This document shows, in pieces, positions 1 to 9,908 of a DNA stretch of 64,000 nt; positions within the stretch are counted from its first letter, which is position 1, and every line of letters begins with the position of its first letter. The position numbers were made by a program, and so were the translations under genes. Where the stretch lies: contig OY776562.1 in assembly GCA_963675785.1 (NCBI GenBank), forward strand, positions 2,920,934 to 2,984,933, given 5' to 3'. Below the pieces are notes generated by a model. The model saw only the letters and a program-made list of their open reading frames with translations. It did no database searches and was not told the origin of the DNA. Source of the DNA: Anaerolineae bacterium. Its GTDB lineage: Bacteria > Chloroflexota > Anaerolineae > UBA1429.

Positions 1-166
1 CCGTTTTCACAGCTTTTTCTGCGAACCGGGCGGCATCACCGGCACCTGTTGTTTGTACGAGGCTTGTATGCCAACCTAATCGATCCAGATATAGACGGAG
101 ATTATCTAGTTCGGCACCAATCTCATGTTGACCGGCCACAGGGTTTTGGATTAACAGCAGCTCCAT
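1..166 (-). CDS. Partial CDS (N-terminus only), diacylglycerol/lipid kinase (DAGK_cat, YegS/BmrU-like) family; runs off the window start
   Basis: The minus-strand ATG at 166..164 opens MELLLIQNPVAGQHEIGAELDNLRLYLDRLGWHTSLVQTTGAGDAARFAEKAVKT. This is the typical N-terminal pattern of DAGK-type lipid kinases. It is absent from the ORF track because the window edge truncates it. Confidence 0.45.
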   Translation of the reverse strand, partial: MELLLIQNPVAGQHEIGAELDNLRLYLDRLGWHTSLVQTTGAGDAARFAEKAVKT

Positions 167-235
167 AACGTTAAATATACTCCGTTCAAAAAATAGTGTC
201 CAGAGAGGGGCCGAATCACACAGAATGAACTTGTC

Positions 236-264
236 TTGGCGCAGTTCTTACCTCATGCTATAAT
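236..264 (+). promoter_or_regulatory. Putative sigma70-type promoter of secG
   Basis: TTGGCG (236..241), 17-nt spacer, TATAAT (259..264) preceded by TGc (extended -10 like). Confidence 0.35.
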
Positions 265-306
265 CTACGCGTCTTGTGCCCTTGGCGTTGCAAATCGGAG
301 GTTCTC

Positions 307-519
307 TTGGGACCCTATCTGAATGTTGTTCAAATTATTGTCTCTATCGCACTCATCGCACTGGTCATCATGCAGCGCGGTGGCCAGTCTGGCGGCTCCA
401 TGTTTGGTGCCAGCGCTGGCTATCAGACTCGGCGCGGCGTAGAAAAGACGATGTATAACATGACACTCGTCATTTCTGTGCTATTCTTGGTCACGTCTTT
501 GCTTAGCGTGTTGATCTAG
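307..519 (+). CDS. secG: Preprotein translocase subunit SecG
   Basis: Two TM helices flank a Gly-rich loop (IVSIALIALVIMQRGGQSGGSMFGASAGYQTRRG...). The size and pattern match SecG. The likely start is TTG 307, 5 nt after GGAGG (297..301). The ORF track frame opens at 274. Confidence 0.8.
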   Translation: MGPYLNVVQIIVSIALIALVIMQRGGQSGGSMFGASAGYQTRRGVEKTMYNMTLVISVLFLVTSLLSVLI

Positions 520-534
520 GGACGGAGGCTCCGC

Positions 535-2172
535 ATGAAGCGGAAGCGGCTTCAGTTGGGGATAGCTATCGTCGGCGTCATTGCGGTGCTGGCGGTAGTT
601 GTTTACTTGGCTTTTGGTTTTGATGCACAGCCAGTTGCGGATTATGGCGGAACCTATGTTGAAGGTGTCGTCGGTAATCCACGTTATATGAATCCGTTGC
701 TCTGTCAGTCAAATTCGGTGGACTGCGACATTGTCGCACTTGTTTTTACCGGATTGACTACAGTGGGCAATGATGGCGTCATTGAGCCGGATCTGGCAGA
801 GAGCTGGGACATTTCGACTGATAGCACGGTTTATACCTTTTACTTGCGGCAGGATGCCGTCTGGCATGATGGCGCCCCGGTGACGGCTGCAGATGTCATC
901 TATACCGTGAGTATTATGCAAGACTCCGAGTTTCAGGGAGATTCTTTCCTCTCAGAGATGTGGCAGACGGTTGTTGTCGATCAGATCGATGAATACACTG
1001 TCAGGTTTACTCTGCGGGAACCGTTCTCACCTTTCCTTGAGCATACCACCATTGGCCTGTTGCCTTCCCACATTTTGGCTAACGTTTCTGCGTCTGAGCT
1101 TGGCGATTCTGCTTTTAATGCATCGCCAATAGGCACGGGACCTTTCAAGATGAGTCAGGTGAGCGCTACTGAAGTTGAGTTGGTAGCCAATAGTGACTAT
1201 TACAACCCTCGCCCATATTTGGATTCGATCGTGCTCAAGTTCTATTCGGATTATGCTTCGTTGCTAGAAGCGCGCGAGCGTGGCGAGATCGCCGGTATGT
1301 CTCGTGTTCAGCCTGAGCAGCTTGAAGCTGTGGCAAAAGACGATGACCTCACTCTTTATTCAGCGCCCCTTTCTGGCTACACCCTCGTCTATTTAAACCT
1401 GGATCGGCCTGCGTTCCAGGATCCAGCTGTGCGTCAGGCTTTGATGTATGCATTGGACCGCCAGGCCCTTGTGGATGATATTGTCTATGGGCAGGGGATT
1501 GTTATTGATACGCCAATCATGCCACATTCTTGGGCTTTTGATGATAATCTCGACACCTATAACTATAACCAGAACAAAGCAATCAGTCTGTTGGAGCAAT
1601 CGGGTTGGTTTGATGATGATGGAGATGGAATTCGCGAGCGGGGTACGACGCGCTTGCAGTTTATCCTCTCTACCAATGAAGATGATTCTGTGCGTGTGGC
1701 CATCGTTGATGCTATTGCTCGACAGTTGGCCGAAGTTGGCATTGCCGTCGTTCCTGATACGGTCAGTTGGACCACACTGGTTGATGAGATGCTTCGCCCA
1801 CGGGCGTATGATGCTGTTTTGCTGGGCTGGCAGGATTTGCCGCCTGATCCCGATCCCTATCCTTACTGGCATTCGAGTCAGGCTACGCAGACGGGGCTGA
1901 ACTTTGCCAACTATATCAGCTCGACAGCAGACGCTTTGTTGCAGCAAGCCAGGGCAACCACCGATCAGGATGAACGCTACGAGTTGTATCGTAGTTTTCA
2001 GGCTCTCTTTGTCGAAGATGTGCCTTCAGTGGTGCTTTATCAACCGGTGTATACCTATGCTGTCGATTCTGGCGTCTATGGCGTACAGGTTGCACCTATG
2101 ACGACAGGCTCCGATCGTTTTGCCAATGTAGCATCGTGGTACATGGCAACGCAGCGGTTGTTGGACGAATAG
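535..2172 (+). CDS. ABC transporter substrate-binding protein, family 5 (peptide/nickel, OppA/DppA-like), with N-terminal signal anchor
   Basis: 545 aa with an N-terminal TM helix. It shows the SBP_bac_5-like pattern (LVFTGLT...DG...PDLAESW, VWHDG.PVTA.DV..T) and has GGAGG upstream. No permease or ATPase genes are adjacent. Confidence 0.8.
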   Translation: MKRKRLQLGIAIVGVIAVLAVVVYLAFGFDAQPVADYGGTYVEGVVGNPRYMNPLLCQSNSVDCDIVALVFTGLTTVGNDGVIEPDLAESWDISTDSTVYTFYLRQDAVWHDGAPVTAADVIYTVSIMQDSEFQGDSFLSEMWQTVVVDQIDEYTVRFTLREPFSPFLEHTTIGLLPSHILANVSASELGDSAFNASPIGTGPFKMSQVSATEVELVANSDYYNPRPYLDSIVLKFYSDYASLLEARERGEIAGMSRVQPEQLEAVAKDDDLTLYSAPLSGYTLVYLNLDRPAFQDPAVRQALMYALDRQALVDDIVYGQGIVIDTPIMPHSWAFDDNLDTYNYNQNKAISLLEQSGWFDDDGDGIRERGTTRLQFILSTNEDDSVRVAIVDAIARQLAEVGIAVVPDTVSWTTLVDEMLRPRAYDAVLLGWQDLPPDPDPYPYWHSSQATQTGLNFANYISSTADALLQQARATTDQDERYELYRSFQALFVEDVPSVVLYQPVYTYAVDSGVYGVQVAPMTTGSDRFANVASWYMATQRLLDE

Positions 2173-2229
2173 CTCTGTGCGACTTTGTTTTGACAAGCTG
2201 GGGCCCTGGTGGTATCATGCCCTCTGTTA

Positions 2230-2313
2230 GCCGAGGTGGCGGAACCGGCAGACGCGCCACGTTCAGGGCGTGGTGGATATAGATCCATAAGGGTTCAAAT
2301 CCCTTCCTCGGCA
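2230..2313 (+). tRNA. tRNA-Leu (anticodon CAG)
   Basis: 84-nt cloverleaf. Acceptor GCCGAGG/CCTCGGC; anticodon arm CCACG-TTCAGGG-CGTGG; long variable arm; T-arm GGGTTCAAATCCC. It runs closely parallel to E. coli tRNA-Leu(CAG). Confidence 0.9.
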
Positions 2314-2316
2314 CCT

Positions 2317-2350
2317 GACCCCAGTCTAAATTGACTGGGGTCTTTTTGTT
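2317..2350 (+). terminator. Rho-independent terminator after tRNA-Leu
   Basis: GACCCCAGTC-taaatt-GACTGGGGTC stem followed by TTTTTGTT. Confidence 0.8.
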
Positions 2351-2370
2351 GCAATTGATTAGGAGCGGAG

Positions 2371-3774
2371 ATGCGTATAGAGAGAGATTCACTCGGTGAA
2401 GTTCGCGTGCCCAACGAGGCCCTTTGGGGAGCGCAAACACAGCGTGCTCTTGTCAATTTCCCTATCAGCGGTCTTCAGCAGCCCGATGTGTACATTTGGG
2501 CCAGTGCTCTGGTTAAGCGGGCGGCAGCTCTGGTCAACGTCTCTCTCGGTCATCTGGATGCTGCTCAAGGCGCGGCTATAGCCGAGGTTGCAGGCGAGAT
2601 CATGGATGGCAAATGGCGCGACCAGTTTGTGGTAGATCCTTTTCAAGCTGGTGCGGGTACGTCTCACAACATGAACGTGAACGAGGTCATTGCCAATTTG
2701 GCTAATGAACGCCTTGGTGGTCAGCGAGGCCTCTATAAACCTGTAACTCCCAACGATCAGGTCAACATGGCTCAGTCGACCAACGATTATATTCCCACAG
2801 TGATCCGTGTGGCTGCAACCCAGCAAACAACACAACTTTTGCGGGCTGCCGAGGACTTGGCGCTGGAATTGGAGGCTCGCGCGGCGGATTTTGGCGACAT
2901 TCTCAAGTCGGGCCGTACACATTTGCAGGATGCTGTGCCGGTTCGGCTTGGCCAGGAATTTGGTGCTTATGCCCTGGCGGTAAGGCATGATATGGAGAGA
3001 ATTAAAGCCGCTGGCGAGCATGTACGTCGTTTGGGTATTGGAGGCACTGCCACTGGCACCGGTCTGAACTCGGATCCCCGTTACCATGCTGCCATGCTGG
3101 AAGCCATCAGTGGACTGAGCGGATTCCCGTTTGTCAGTAATGGCAATCTCTTTGAATCCATGCAAAATCAGGCCGATCTCGTCGATTTCTCGGCAGCCTT
3201 GCGTACGCTGGCGGTGACTCTGACACGCATCGCCAATGATTTTCGTCTGTTGAGCTCTGGTCCCACTACGGGTCTGGCCGAGATTGTATTACCGGCAGTA
3301 CAGCCCGGCTCTTCTATTATGCCCGGTAAGGTCAACCCTGTTATGGCAGAGATGCTCAACATGATCTGCTACCATGTCATGGGTAACGATCAAACCATGA
3401 TGATGTGTGGTCAGGCGGGACAGCTCGAGCTCAATGTGATGATGCCCATTATGGCCTATAATTTGCTGCAATCACTGCAAATCTTGGCCAATGGCATACA
3501 GGCTTTTACCGTGCGCTGCGTGGCTGGTTTATCGGCCAATAGAGAACGCTGCCAGGCTTATGCGGAAAGGAGCATGGGGTTGGCCACGGCACTCAACCCT
3601 TATATCGGTTATCTGGCGGCGGCTGAAGTGGCTAAAGAGTCCTTTTCTCGGGGAGTTTCGCTACGCCAAGTAGTGTTGGAAAAGGGTTATCTGACTGAGG
3701 ATGAGCTCGATCGCATTTTGGACGCACGAGCGATGACTGAGCCTGGTATTCCTGGCCAAAGAGATACGAACTAG
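2371..3774 (+). CDS. aspA: Aspartate ammonia-lyase (class II fumarase/aspartase superfamily)
   Basis: Contains the GSSIMPGKVNPV signature. The motifs GAGTS, QSTND, AGQLELNVM.P and the C-terminal SLRQVVLEKGYLTEDELD follow AspA rather than FumC (GSGTQ/QSSND). Confidence 0.75.
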   Translation: MRIERDSLGEVRVPNEALWGAQTQRALVNFPISGLQQPDVYIWASALVKRAAALVNVSLGHLDAAQGAAIAEVAGEIMDGKWRDQFVVDPFQAGAGTSHNMNVNEVIANLANERLGGQRGLYKPVTPNDQVNMAQSTNDYIPTVIRVAATQQTTQLLRAAEDLALELEARAADFGDILKSGRTHLQDAVPVRLGQEFGAYALAVRHDMERIKAAGEHVRRLGIGGTATGTGLNSDPRYHAAMLEAISGLSGFPFVSNGNLFESMQNQADLVDFSAALRTLAVTLTRIANDFRLLSSGPTTGLAEIVLPAVQPGSSIMPGKVNPVMAEMLNMICYHVMGNDQTMMMCGQAGQLELNVMMPIMAYNLLQSLQILANGIQAFTVRCVAGLSANRERCQAYAERSMGLATALNPYIGYLAAAEVAKESFSRGVSLRQVVLEKGYLTEDELDRILDARAMTEPGIPGQRDTN

Positions 3775-4834
3775 CCTCTATATGGCCAGCCTATGGCCTG
3801 TAGGATGCGTCTAGTAACACCCGTTAGACCGTACTGAGCTAGGTCATCGGCTGCAACAAAGACTGCTTTATCCCATGATGTATCGGGCGAGGGCGTGCCG
3901 CTGATAGTGCAAGGTAGAACAGCTACATCGACGGTAAAATGAGTGTAGGCATGGCGAATGTGGGCTGCTCTTGGTTCAGCTTGGCTCTGCAGCTTGAGGT
4001 CGGTTTGCAATAGACGTTCTACGCTGCTCTGGTCGGATTCGCCTGCCAGCGGTTCACTGTTGGGTACTTCCCACAGGCCACCCAAAAGGCCTTTTGGAAT
4101 ACGTCTGACCAGCAACAAACGGTCGTCCATGATACAAAAGGCTGCAGCCAGATGGTGATGCGGCGGTTTGACACGTGCAGGCTTGACGGGCCTATCTTCG
4201 ATAGTGCCGTGCTCAAGAGCCAGGCATTGCTCTGCCAGGGGCAAACATCACACAAGGGTGAATGGGGTGTACAAATCGTTGCCCCTAATTCCATCATGGC
4301 CTGGTTGAAATCTCCCGGACGTTCGTTGTTGAGCAATTCTTGAGCCAGACGGGCAATTTTGTTCTTGGTGGCTGCACGGGTGACATCGTCGCTCAAATCG
4401 TAGAGGCGGCTTAGCACGCGGATGACGTTTCCGTCAACAACGGCAATGGGTTCACCAAAGGCAATGCTGGCGATGGCAGCAGAAGTATAGGCGCCAATGC
4501 CGGGGAGCTTGCGTAAAGCGGCTGCTGTATGCGGAATGACGTTTCCCAGTTCATCTTTGATGATCCCGGCGGCATGATGCAAGCTTCGAGCTCGGCTATA
4601 GTAGCCAAGGCCCTGCCAGAGGGCCAGTACCTGATCGAGGTTAGCCTCTGCCAGAGTTGTTATGGTGGGAAAGGTTATCATCCAGCGTTGATAATAGCCG
4701 ATGACCGTAGCCACCTGAGTTTGTTGGAGCATGATCTCAGATACCCAAATGGCATACGGATCACGTGTATGCCTCCAGGGCAGCTCACGCCGATTGCAAT
4801 CGTACCATGTAAGGAGCGCTTTGCTTGTATTCAT
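3771..4834 (-). pseudogene. mutY: A/G-specific adenine DNA glycosylase MutY, split by a 1-nt frameshift
   Basis: ORF 4019..4834 carries the HhH-GPD glycosylase domain up to CTPHSPLCDVCP. ORF 3771..4244, in another frame, continues LAEQCLALEHG plus the NUDIX-like C-terminal domain. Adding one base to the run at 4238..4241 restores the Fe-S loop C-x6-C-x2-C-x5-C. Confidence 0.8.
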
Positions 4835-4917
4835 GGACCTCTGTACAAACGGGGGCCATTGGACGTAGCCCCCGTTGTAGTTAAAATATTGTTACAGGGT
4901 AGAAAAGGAGTGCCTAA

Positions 4918-5070
4918 ATGTATACGACTCTAATGCAGCTCTACTTTGAGGTAGCTGAAACCCCCATAGACTTTATCGGTCTGATTATTTTGCTGATGGC
5001 TTCGTGGGCATTGATTGTCAGTGTCATCATGGATATATCCATCCGAATTTTTGACCGGCCCATCGACTAG
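4918..5070 (+). CDS. Putative small membrane protein (50 aa)
   Basis: ATG 4918 is preceded by AAAGGAG. The ORF encodes MYTTLMQLYFEVAETPIDFIGLIILLMASWALIVSVIMDISIRIFDRPID with one clear TM helix. It falls below the ORF-track length cutoff. Confidence 0.35.
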   Translation: MYTTLMQLYFEVAETPIDFIGLIILLMASWALIVSVIMDISIRIFDRPID

Positions 5071-6119
5071 CGCGATACGTTAATCATGTCGCGTAATACA
5101 GCGGCAGAGGTTGGTACAGGCCCCTTTTCCTCTATCACCGCACTAATGATGCCCATGTAATCCGTGTAATAAACCACGCCCATATCCCACATGCCCGTTC
5201 GCGCCAGAGGATGATCGGCTGGCAGACTTGTTGGCTTGACACTGAGACAATAATCATTCCCCTTGAGTTCGGCAAGGGCAATGAGTTTGATCACTTGACC
5301 ATTGGCCTTGGCCTCTAGCATATCTTGCAGCGTTACCCCACGTATGCCTTCTACGGATAAGTCATCCAACTTGGTCGAGCGTTTGAGTACGCTGTTGGCG
5401 ATGATGACTAGTTTGTTGGCGGCATCCCAACCGTCTACATCCAGTGTGGGATCAGCTTCGGCTATGCCGGCCTGCTGGGCTCCCCGCACAGCTTCTTCAT
5501 AGGATATGCGCTCATCCAACATACGTGTAAGAATATAGTTCGTGGTGCCGTTGAAAATGCCCTCGACGCGTGTAACAGCTGAACCAGCCAGGTCACGCAT
5601 ACCGATGTTGACGGTGGGCAATCCTCCCGCTACAGTACCGCTAAAGGCAAAGTGTACATTCTGGGCATTGGCAGCCTGCAAGAGTTCATCATAAGCCAGA
5701 ACAAGGGGCCCTTTATTGGCTGCAACGATCTGCCAGCCCTTTTCTATGGCTCTGTGGCAGCAACTCAAGCCCGGTTCACCATCTTTTAGATTAGTTGGCG
5801 AAGCATCGATTAAAATGGCGGCATCGATAATCTCGATCAATTCGTTAGCCAGTACGCCGGGTTTGCCGACATTGGGATAGTTGGCTATACCTTGGCGAGC
5901 TAACTTTAGGGCAACACACGTTTCCAGATTGAGTCCTTGCGCGGACCATGCAGCCCCTGATGAATCGGCTGCGCCCACCAGTATGAATTTGAGATCATAT
6001 TCGTTTTCAATAGCGGCAGTTCGGTGTGTTAGAATATCCAACAAATTACGCCCGATATTACCCAGACCGATCAAGCAAAAAGGAATTTCGCGGCTCAAAT
6101 GGTGCCTCCTCTGATGCAC
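5067..6119 (-). CDS. hom: Homoserine dehydrogenase
   Basis: GLGNIG dinucleotide-binding start, then GTTNYIL and DPTLDVDGWDAANKL motifs typical of Hom. Confidence 0.8.
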   Translation of the reverse strand: MHQRRHHLSREIPFCLIGLGNIGRNLLDILTHRTAAIENEYDLKFILVGAADSSGAAWSAQGLNLETCVALKLARQGIANYPNVGKPGVLANELIEIIDAAILIDASPTNLKDGEPGLSCCHRAIEKGWQIVAANKGPLVLAYDELLQAANAQNVHFAFSGTVAGGLPTVNIGMRDLAGSAVTRVEGIFNGTTNYILTRMLDERISYEEAVRGAQQAGIAEADPTLDVDGWDAANKLVIIANSVLKRSTKLDDLSVEGIRGVTLQDMLEAKANGQVIKLIALAELKGNDYCLSVKPTSLPADHPLARTGMWDMGVVYYTDYMGIISAVIEEKGPVPTSAAVLRDMINVSR

Positions 6120-6174
6120 TAACGGCTGCTTTGCGTAAGTCTAGCACAAAGAACCATGTGCACCAATCATCAAA

Positions 6175-7533
6175 ATGGAGACTGCCTTGGATCTCTCTCT
6201 TCTCATTACCCTACTGGTCATCTTTGTCGTTACGCTTGTCGGCTCGGCTCTTTCTCGGCTCAAAAGGGATCGTTGTTTAGCTGATTTCGATGATTATTGG
6301 GTTGTTATCGAACGGCTGTCTGCTCTGCCCGTATACGGACGCATGTCTTTATTTTCTACGGGCCTTGAGCTGCTCTACGAAACACCTTCTCTCGATGACC
6401 AACTGCATATTGAGGGATCCTTTGTCTTTTACAGTGCGGAATTTGCTAGTGTCACCGGTATTTATCGCTATGTGGATGATCTGACAGCGGATAAGCGTGA
6501 TGAGCGGCAGCGTGCGTGGATACGTGCCTTTAACGGTTCCTTTTGGATTCGCTCCAAGCGCAATACCAGCAACTTTGTGGCTACGGCAACGGATTCTCTG
6601 ACCAATGCGTTGAATTTGGTGGTAGGCCAAACTACAGCCAAAGCCCAACAAGAAGAACTTTTGTTAGCTCAGGGTGAGACCGAGATCAAGGGTCTTACCA
6701 AACAAATGCTGGGATACGTGGGCAACAAGTTTGACCCTCTTTTAGAGCGCATGGTGGGCCAATTGGTGGTACTCCAGGTTACAATGGATAACCTCACTAC
6801 CGAGTACGTGGGTATTCTCAAGGATTATTCCACCGACTTTGTCGAGTTGCTTGATTGTTATATTCCTGAAGAAATGAGTGTTATCGTAGAACGCGATGGA
6901 ACTGTGCATCGCTCCTCTCCACAGGCCACACCACGCATCATCGGCGCTGGCAATTCTTGGCTAGGAGGCGTCGATATCTCTTTTGGGCAGGACCACCTTA
7001 CGATTACAAACACAGCGGACCGCCCCTTTATCCTTAACACATTGACCGTGAGCGGAAACGAAAAAGATGTCATGGCCATGATTGATGCGGGTAAATCTGT
7101 TGAACTAGAGATTTCCGGGTACCCGCAGTCTGTAGGGCTCTGCCTGTATGTCATGCTTCGCTATGATATGATCATTCCCCGAAGAATGGCCCTGGTTCGG
7201 CATCGCGCAGCGCGCTTTTCCTCTCAGCACGTTTTTGGATATCCGATTGTTGCATTGTCTCCTGTTCATTCTCCAGAAAGGGAAGAAAGCCTAAGGCAAA
7301 AACTGGCCAACAAGCCGGATGATGCCCAGACAGCGATGGCTTTGGCCATGATGTTGATTGCCCGCAAAGAATCGTACGAGGCTGAGCGGTGGTTGGATAT
7401 GGCCCTAAAGCGGCGAGACCAGCTTGTCGATGATGGCGTGTATGCAGAACTCTTATTGGACTATGTTCATTCCGAGATCAAACGGATCACGCTGTTCACA
7501 GAGAGGACGTGTCAGACTCAACAGAGGGTATGA
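6175..7533 (+). CDS. Hypothetical membrane-anchored protein, C-terminal TPR-like helices
   Basis: 452-aa ORF with an N-terminal TM helix (LLITLLVIFVVTLVGSAL). I recognise no family motif. Confidence 0.55.
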   Translation: METALDLSLLITLLVIFVVTLVGSALSRLKRDRCLADFDDYWVVIERLSALPVYGRMSLFSTGLELLYETPSLDDQLHIEGSFVFYSAEFASVTGIYRYVDDLTADKRDERQRAWIRAFNGSFWIRSKRNTSNFVATATDSLTNALNLVVGQTTAKAQQEELLLAQGETEIKGLTKQMLGYVGNKFDPLLERMVGQLVVLQVTMDNLTTEYVGILKDYSTDFVELLDCYIPEEMSVIVERDGTVHRSSPQATPRIIGAGNSWLGGVDISFGQDHLTITNTADRPFILNTLTVSGNEKDVMAMIDAGKSVELEISGYPQSVGLCLYVMLRYDMIIPRRMALVRHRAARFSSQHVFGYPIVALSPVHSPEREESLRQKLANKPDDAQTAMALAMMLIARKESYEAERWLDMALKRRDQLVDDGVYAELLLDYVHSEIKRITLFTERTCQTQQRV

Positions 7534-9808
7534 CGATTTCGATAGTTCCTTCTAAATCAGTACGTCGTATGTCAATTCCAGCCTCAACCAAGCGTGCCAG
7601 GCATTCCTGTGAGGGATGCCCGTAGCGGTTGTCAAAACCCACACTGATGATCGCCAGTTCGGGTGAAACGACATCAAGAAAAGCTTCGCCTGAGGCGGTG
7701 CCTGCCCCATGGTGTGAAACTTTGAGGATATCTGCATCCAAAGTGTCGCATCCAGCCAACAAAATGCTCTCCGCCGTCATGTCGATATCGGCTGTAAAAA
7801 GTGTCGACACACCCGCGTCGAGCTGGGCAACGATAGAATAACGGTTTTCGTCGAGATCGCCTCTCGCTTCCGTTAGTGATGGATGCAGAATCGACAGATG
7901 GAGACTGTCACCTATTTCGAGTTCTTGCCCTCGGTGTGCCTGCACGATAGGCGTCTCTCTTCCCTCTAGTGCCTCGTGCCAACGTTCTACCAGCGCCGTT
8001 TCGCCCATCACTGGCGATTCAATGGCCAGGCCTATGTCATATCGTTCCGCAAGGGGCACTAGTCCTGTTAGGTGGTCTCCATCGGCGTGGGTGGCGAGGA
8101 CGCAATCAATGTTGCGCTGCCAGTAGGGCAGCGTTTCGCCAATTCGTGCGGCCAACAAAGCCGGGTCGGCGCCACCATCGATGAGGATCGTTCTGCCGCC
8201 TGGAGATACAACCAGTGCTGCGTCGCCCTGGCCCACATCGAAAAAGTAGATATGGGTGCTGCCATCGGGCAATCGTGAGGTGATGGCGACTAGTGCCAAG
8301 GCCGTTAACCCGAGCATGGCTACCCAGTTAGGCAATCGCAGCCCAGAATTTGTGGATTCGTCATGTGGCTGGCGCTGCCGCCGCCAGATGAACAGACCAA
8401 TGAGTGCATAGATACCCAAAATCCACCAGAGACTGGCTTGTGGCAGGGTGATGAGCGACCAACTGGGCGTGGCCAGCGCTTCAACGACTTGATTGGTGTA
8501 GCGTAATAGCGGCCATACCAAAGCCGCACCAAGCTGCCCCAGTGGCAGCCAAAACATGCCTAGAAGCGTCATGCACCCGCCAAGAATGAGAATGGCTGGT
8601 TGTGCCCACAAAACTAGAATATTGGCGGGTAGAGCGATTAGGGAAAGCTCACCAAAGTGATACCAAGCGATGGGCAAGGTCATCAATTGAGCCACCAATG
8701 TGCTGAGCACCAGGTCTCGAAAGGTGCTAAAGGCATTGCCTTGTAAGGCCAAGCGGTTGGCGATAGCGGGTTCGATGAAAATCAGCCCTGCGCTGGCTGC
8801 AAAGGAAAGCTGAAAACTCACATTCCACAGGATTCGTGGCGAGATCAGCATCATAAGCAGAGTAGCAGCAGCCAGGCTAGTGGGCGTGTGGCTTTTGCGG
8901 CCAGAGAGTTGAGCGATGATCGTCAAAGCGCCCATGATGGCCGCGCGCGTGACGGGCGGCGACCAGCCCACGAACAAGGCAAACAGCAAAATCGTTGCCA
9001 ACGAGACCCACAAACCAAGTTGTTTTCCCAATCTGCTGGAGGCCATCATCATAGCTTGGGCGATGAGACTGATATTGAACCCCGAGATGACGATGATGTG
9101 CGACAAGCCCGTGCTGCGATAAGCTTCTTGTAGATAATCGGGCAGGGTGTGGTCCTGTCCCAAGAGGATGCCCACGAGTAAACCGGATTCAGGGTCGGGC
9201 AATAGGCGTTCGACGGTGCTGCGCAATGCTTGTTTTATGCCTAGCAGCCATCGATAAAAGCTCGATTGTTCTTTCATCAAGGTAATATCGCCAGAAATGA
9301 GCGAATAAATCTTGCGATCCGCTAGATAATCCTTGTATGAGAAATCACCTTCTTCCGGTGGTTCTTCGATACTGCCAGAGATGGATAATCTATCGCCGTA
9401 TTCAAAGCGGGGATAGATAGGTGCGCTCAGTAGGGCATAGCCACTGACAGACTGCCATTCACCGTCTATCTCGACACGCTCCACGGATAAAACGAGCTGG
9501 AATCTCGTACTACGGCGATCCGGTTCCTCGCAAACCAACCCTTCGATGATGGCGTTACGAGTACCATTATAGGTAGCGATGTCAGTTTCGTCGGGGCCGA
9601 TGGGTTCGAGGGCATATCTCAGCATGCCAGCAGCCAGGATGGCGCAGCAGAGCGCAGCGCCTCTCTGGGGGTTTTTGAGCACAAATGAAAGCAGCACACA
9701 ACCAGTCAGCACAACCAGGCAAAACCCTGTGCTTAGCCCCAAGGCGGCACATACCAGCGTGCCTACAACCCATAGCAGACAGCCATAAATTAATCTCATA
9801 GACTCCAC
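7496..9808 (-). CDS. comEC: DNA internalization-related competence protein ComEC/Rec2 with C-terminal metallo-beta-lactamase domain
   Basis: 770 aa. It has a polytopic competence-domain core (SGLSHIIVISGFNISL) and a C-terminal MBL motif (ATHADGDH). Confidence 0.85.
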   Translation of the reverse strand: MESMRLIYGCLLWVVGTLVCAALGLSTGFCLVVLTGCVLLSFVLKNPQRGAALCCAILAAGMLRYALEPIGPDETDIATYNGTRNAIIEGLVCEEPDRRSTRFQLVLSVERVEIDGEWQSVSGYALLSAPIYPRFEYGDRLSISGSIEEPPEEGDFSYKDYLADRKIYSLISGDITLMKEQSSFYRWLLGIKQALRSTVERLLPDPESGLLVGILLGQDHTLPDYLQEAYRSTGLSHIIVISGFNISLIAQAMMMASSRLGKQLGLWVSLATILLFALFVGWSPPVTRAAIMGALTIIAQLSGRKSHTPTSLAAATLLMMLISPRILWNVSFQLSFAASAGLIFIEPAIANRLALQGNAFSTFRDLVLSTLVAQLMTLPIAWYHFGELSLIALPANILVLWAQPAILILGGCMTLLGMFWLPLGQLGAALVWPLLRYTNQVVEALATPSWSLITLPQASLWWILGIYALIGLFIWRRQRQPHDESTNSGLRLPNWVAMLGLTALALVAITSRLPDGSTHIYFFDVGQGDAALVVSPGGRTILIDGGADPALLAARIGETLPYWQRNIDCVLATHADGDHLTGLVPLAERYDIGLAIESPVMGETALVERWHEALEGRETPIVQAHRGQELEIGDSLHLSILHPSLTEARGDLDENRYSIVAQLDAGVSTLFTADIDMTAESILLAGCDTLDADILKVSHHGAGTASGEAFLDVVSPELAIISVGFDNRYGHPSQECLARLVEAGIDIRRTDLEGTIEIVIPSVESDTSSL

Positions 9809-9908
9809 CGTCTCTGCTGCCGGGCATTGTACCGTGTTAGGCTATCCCTTGTCGACTTGTTTTGGATACTTGGCTGACAAATGCCCTGGTGCTATCATTT
9901 CTGACGAT

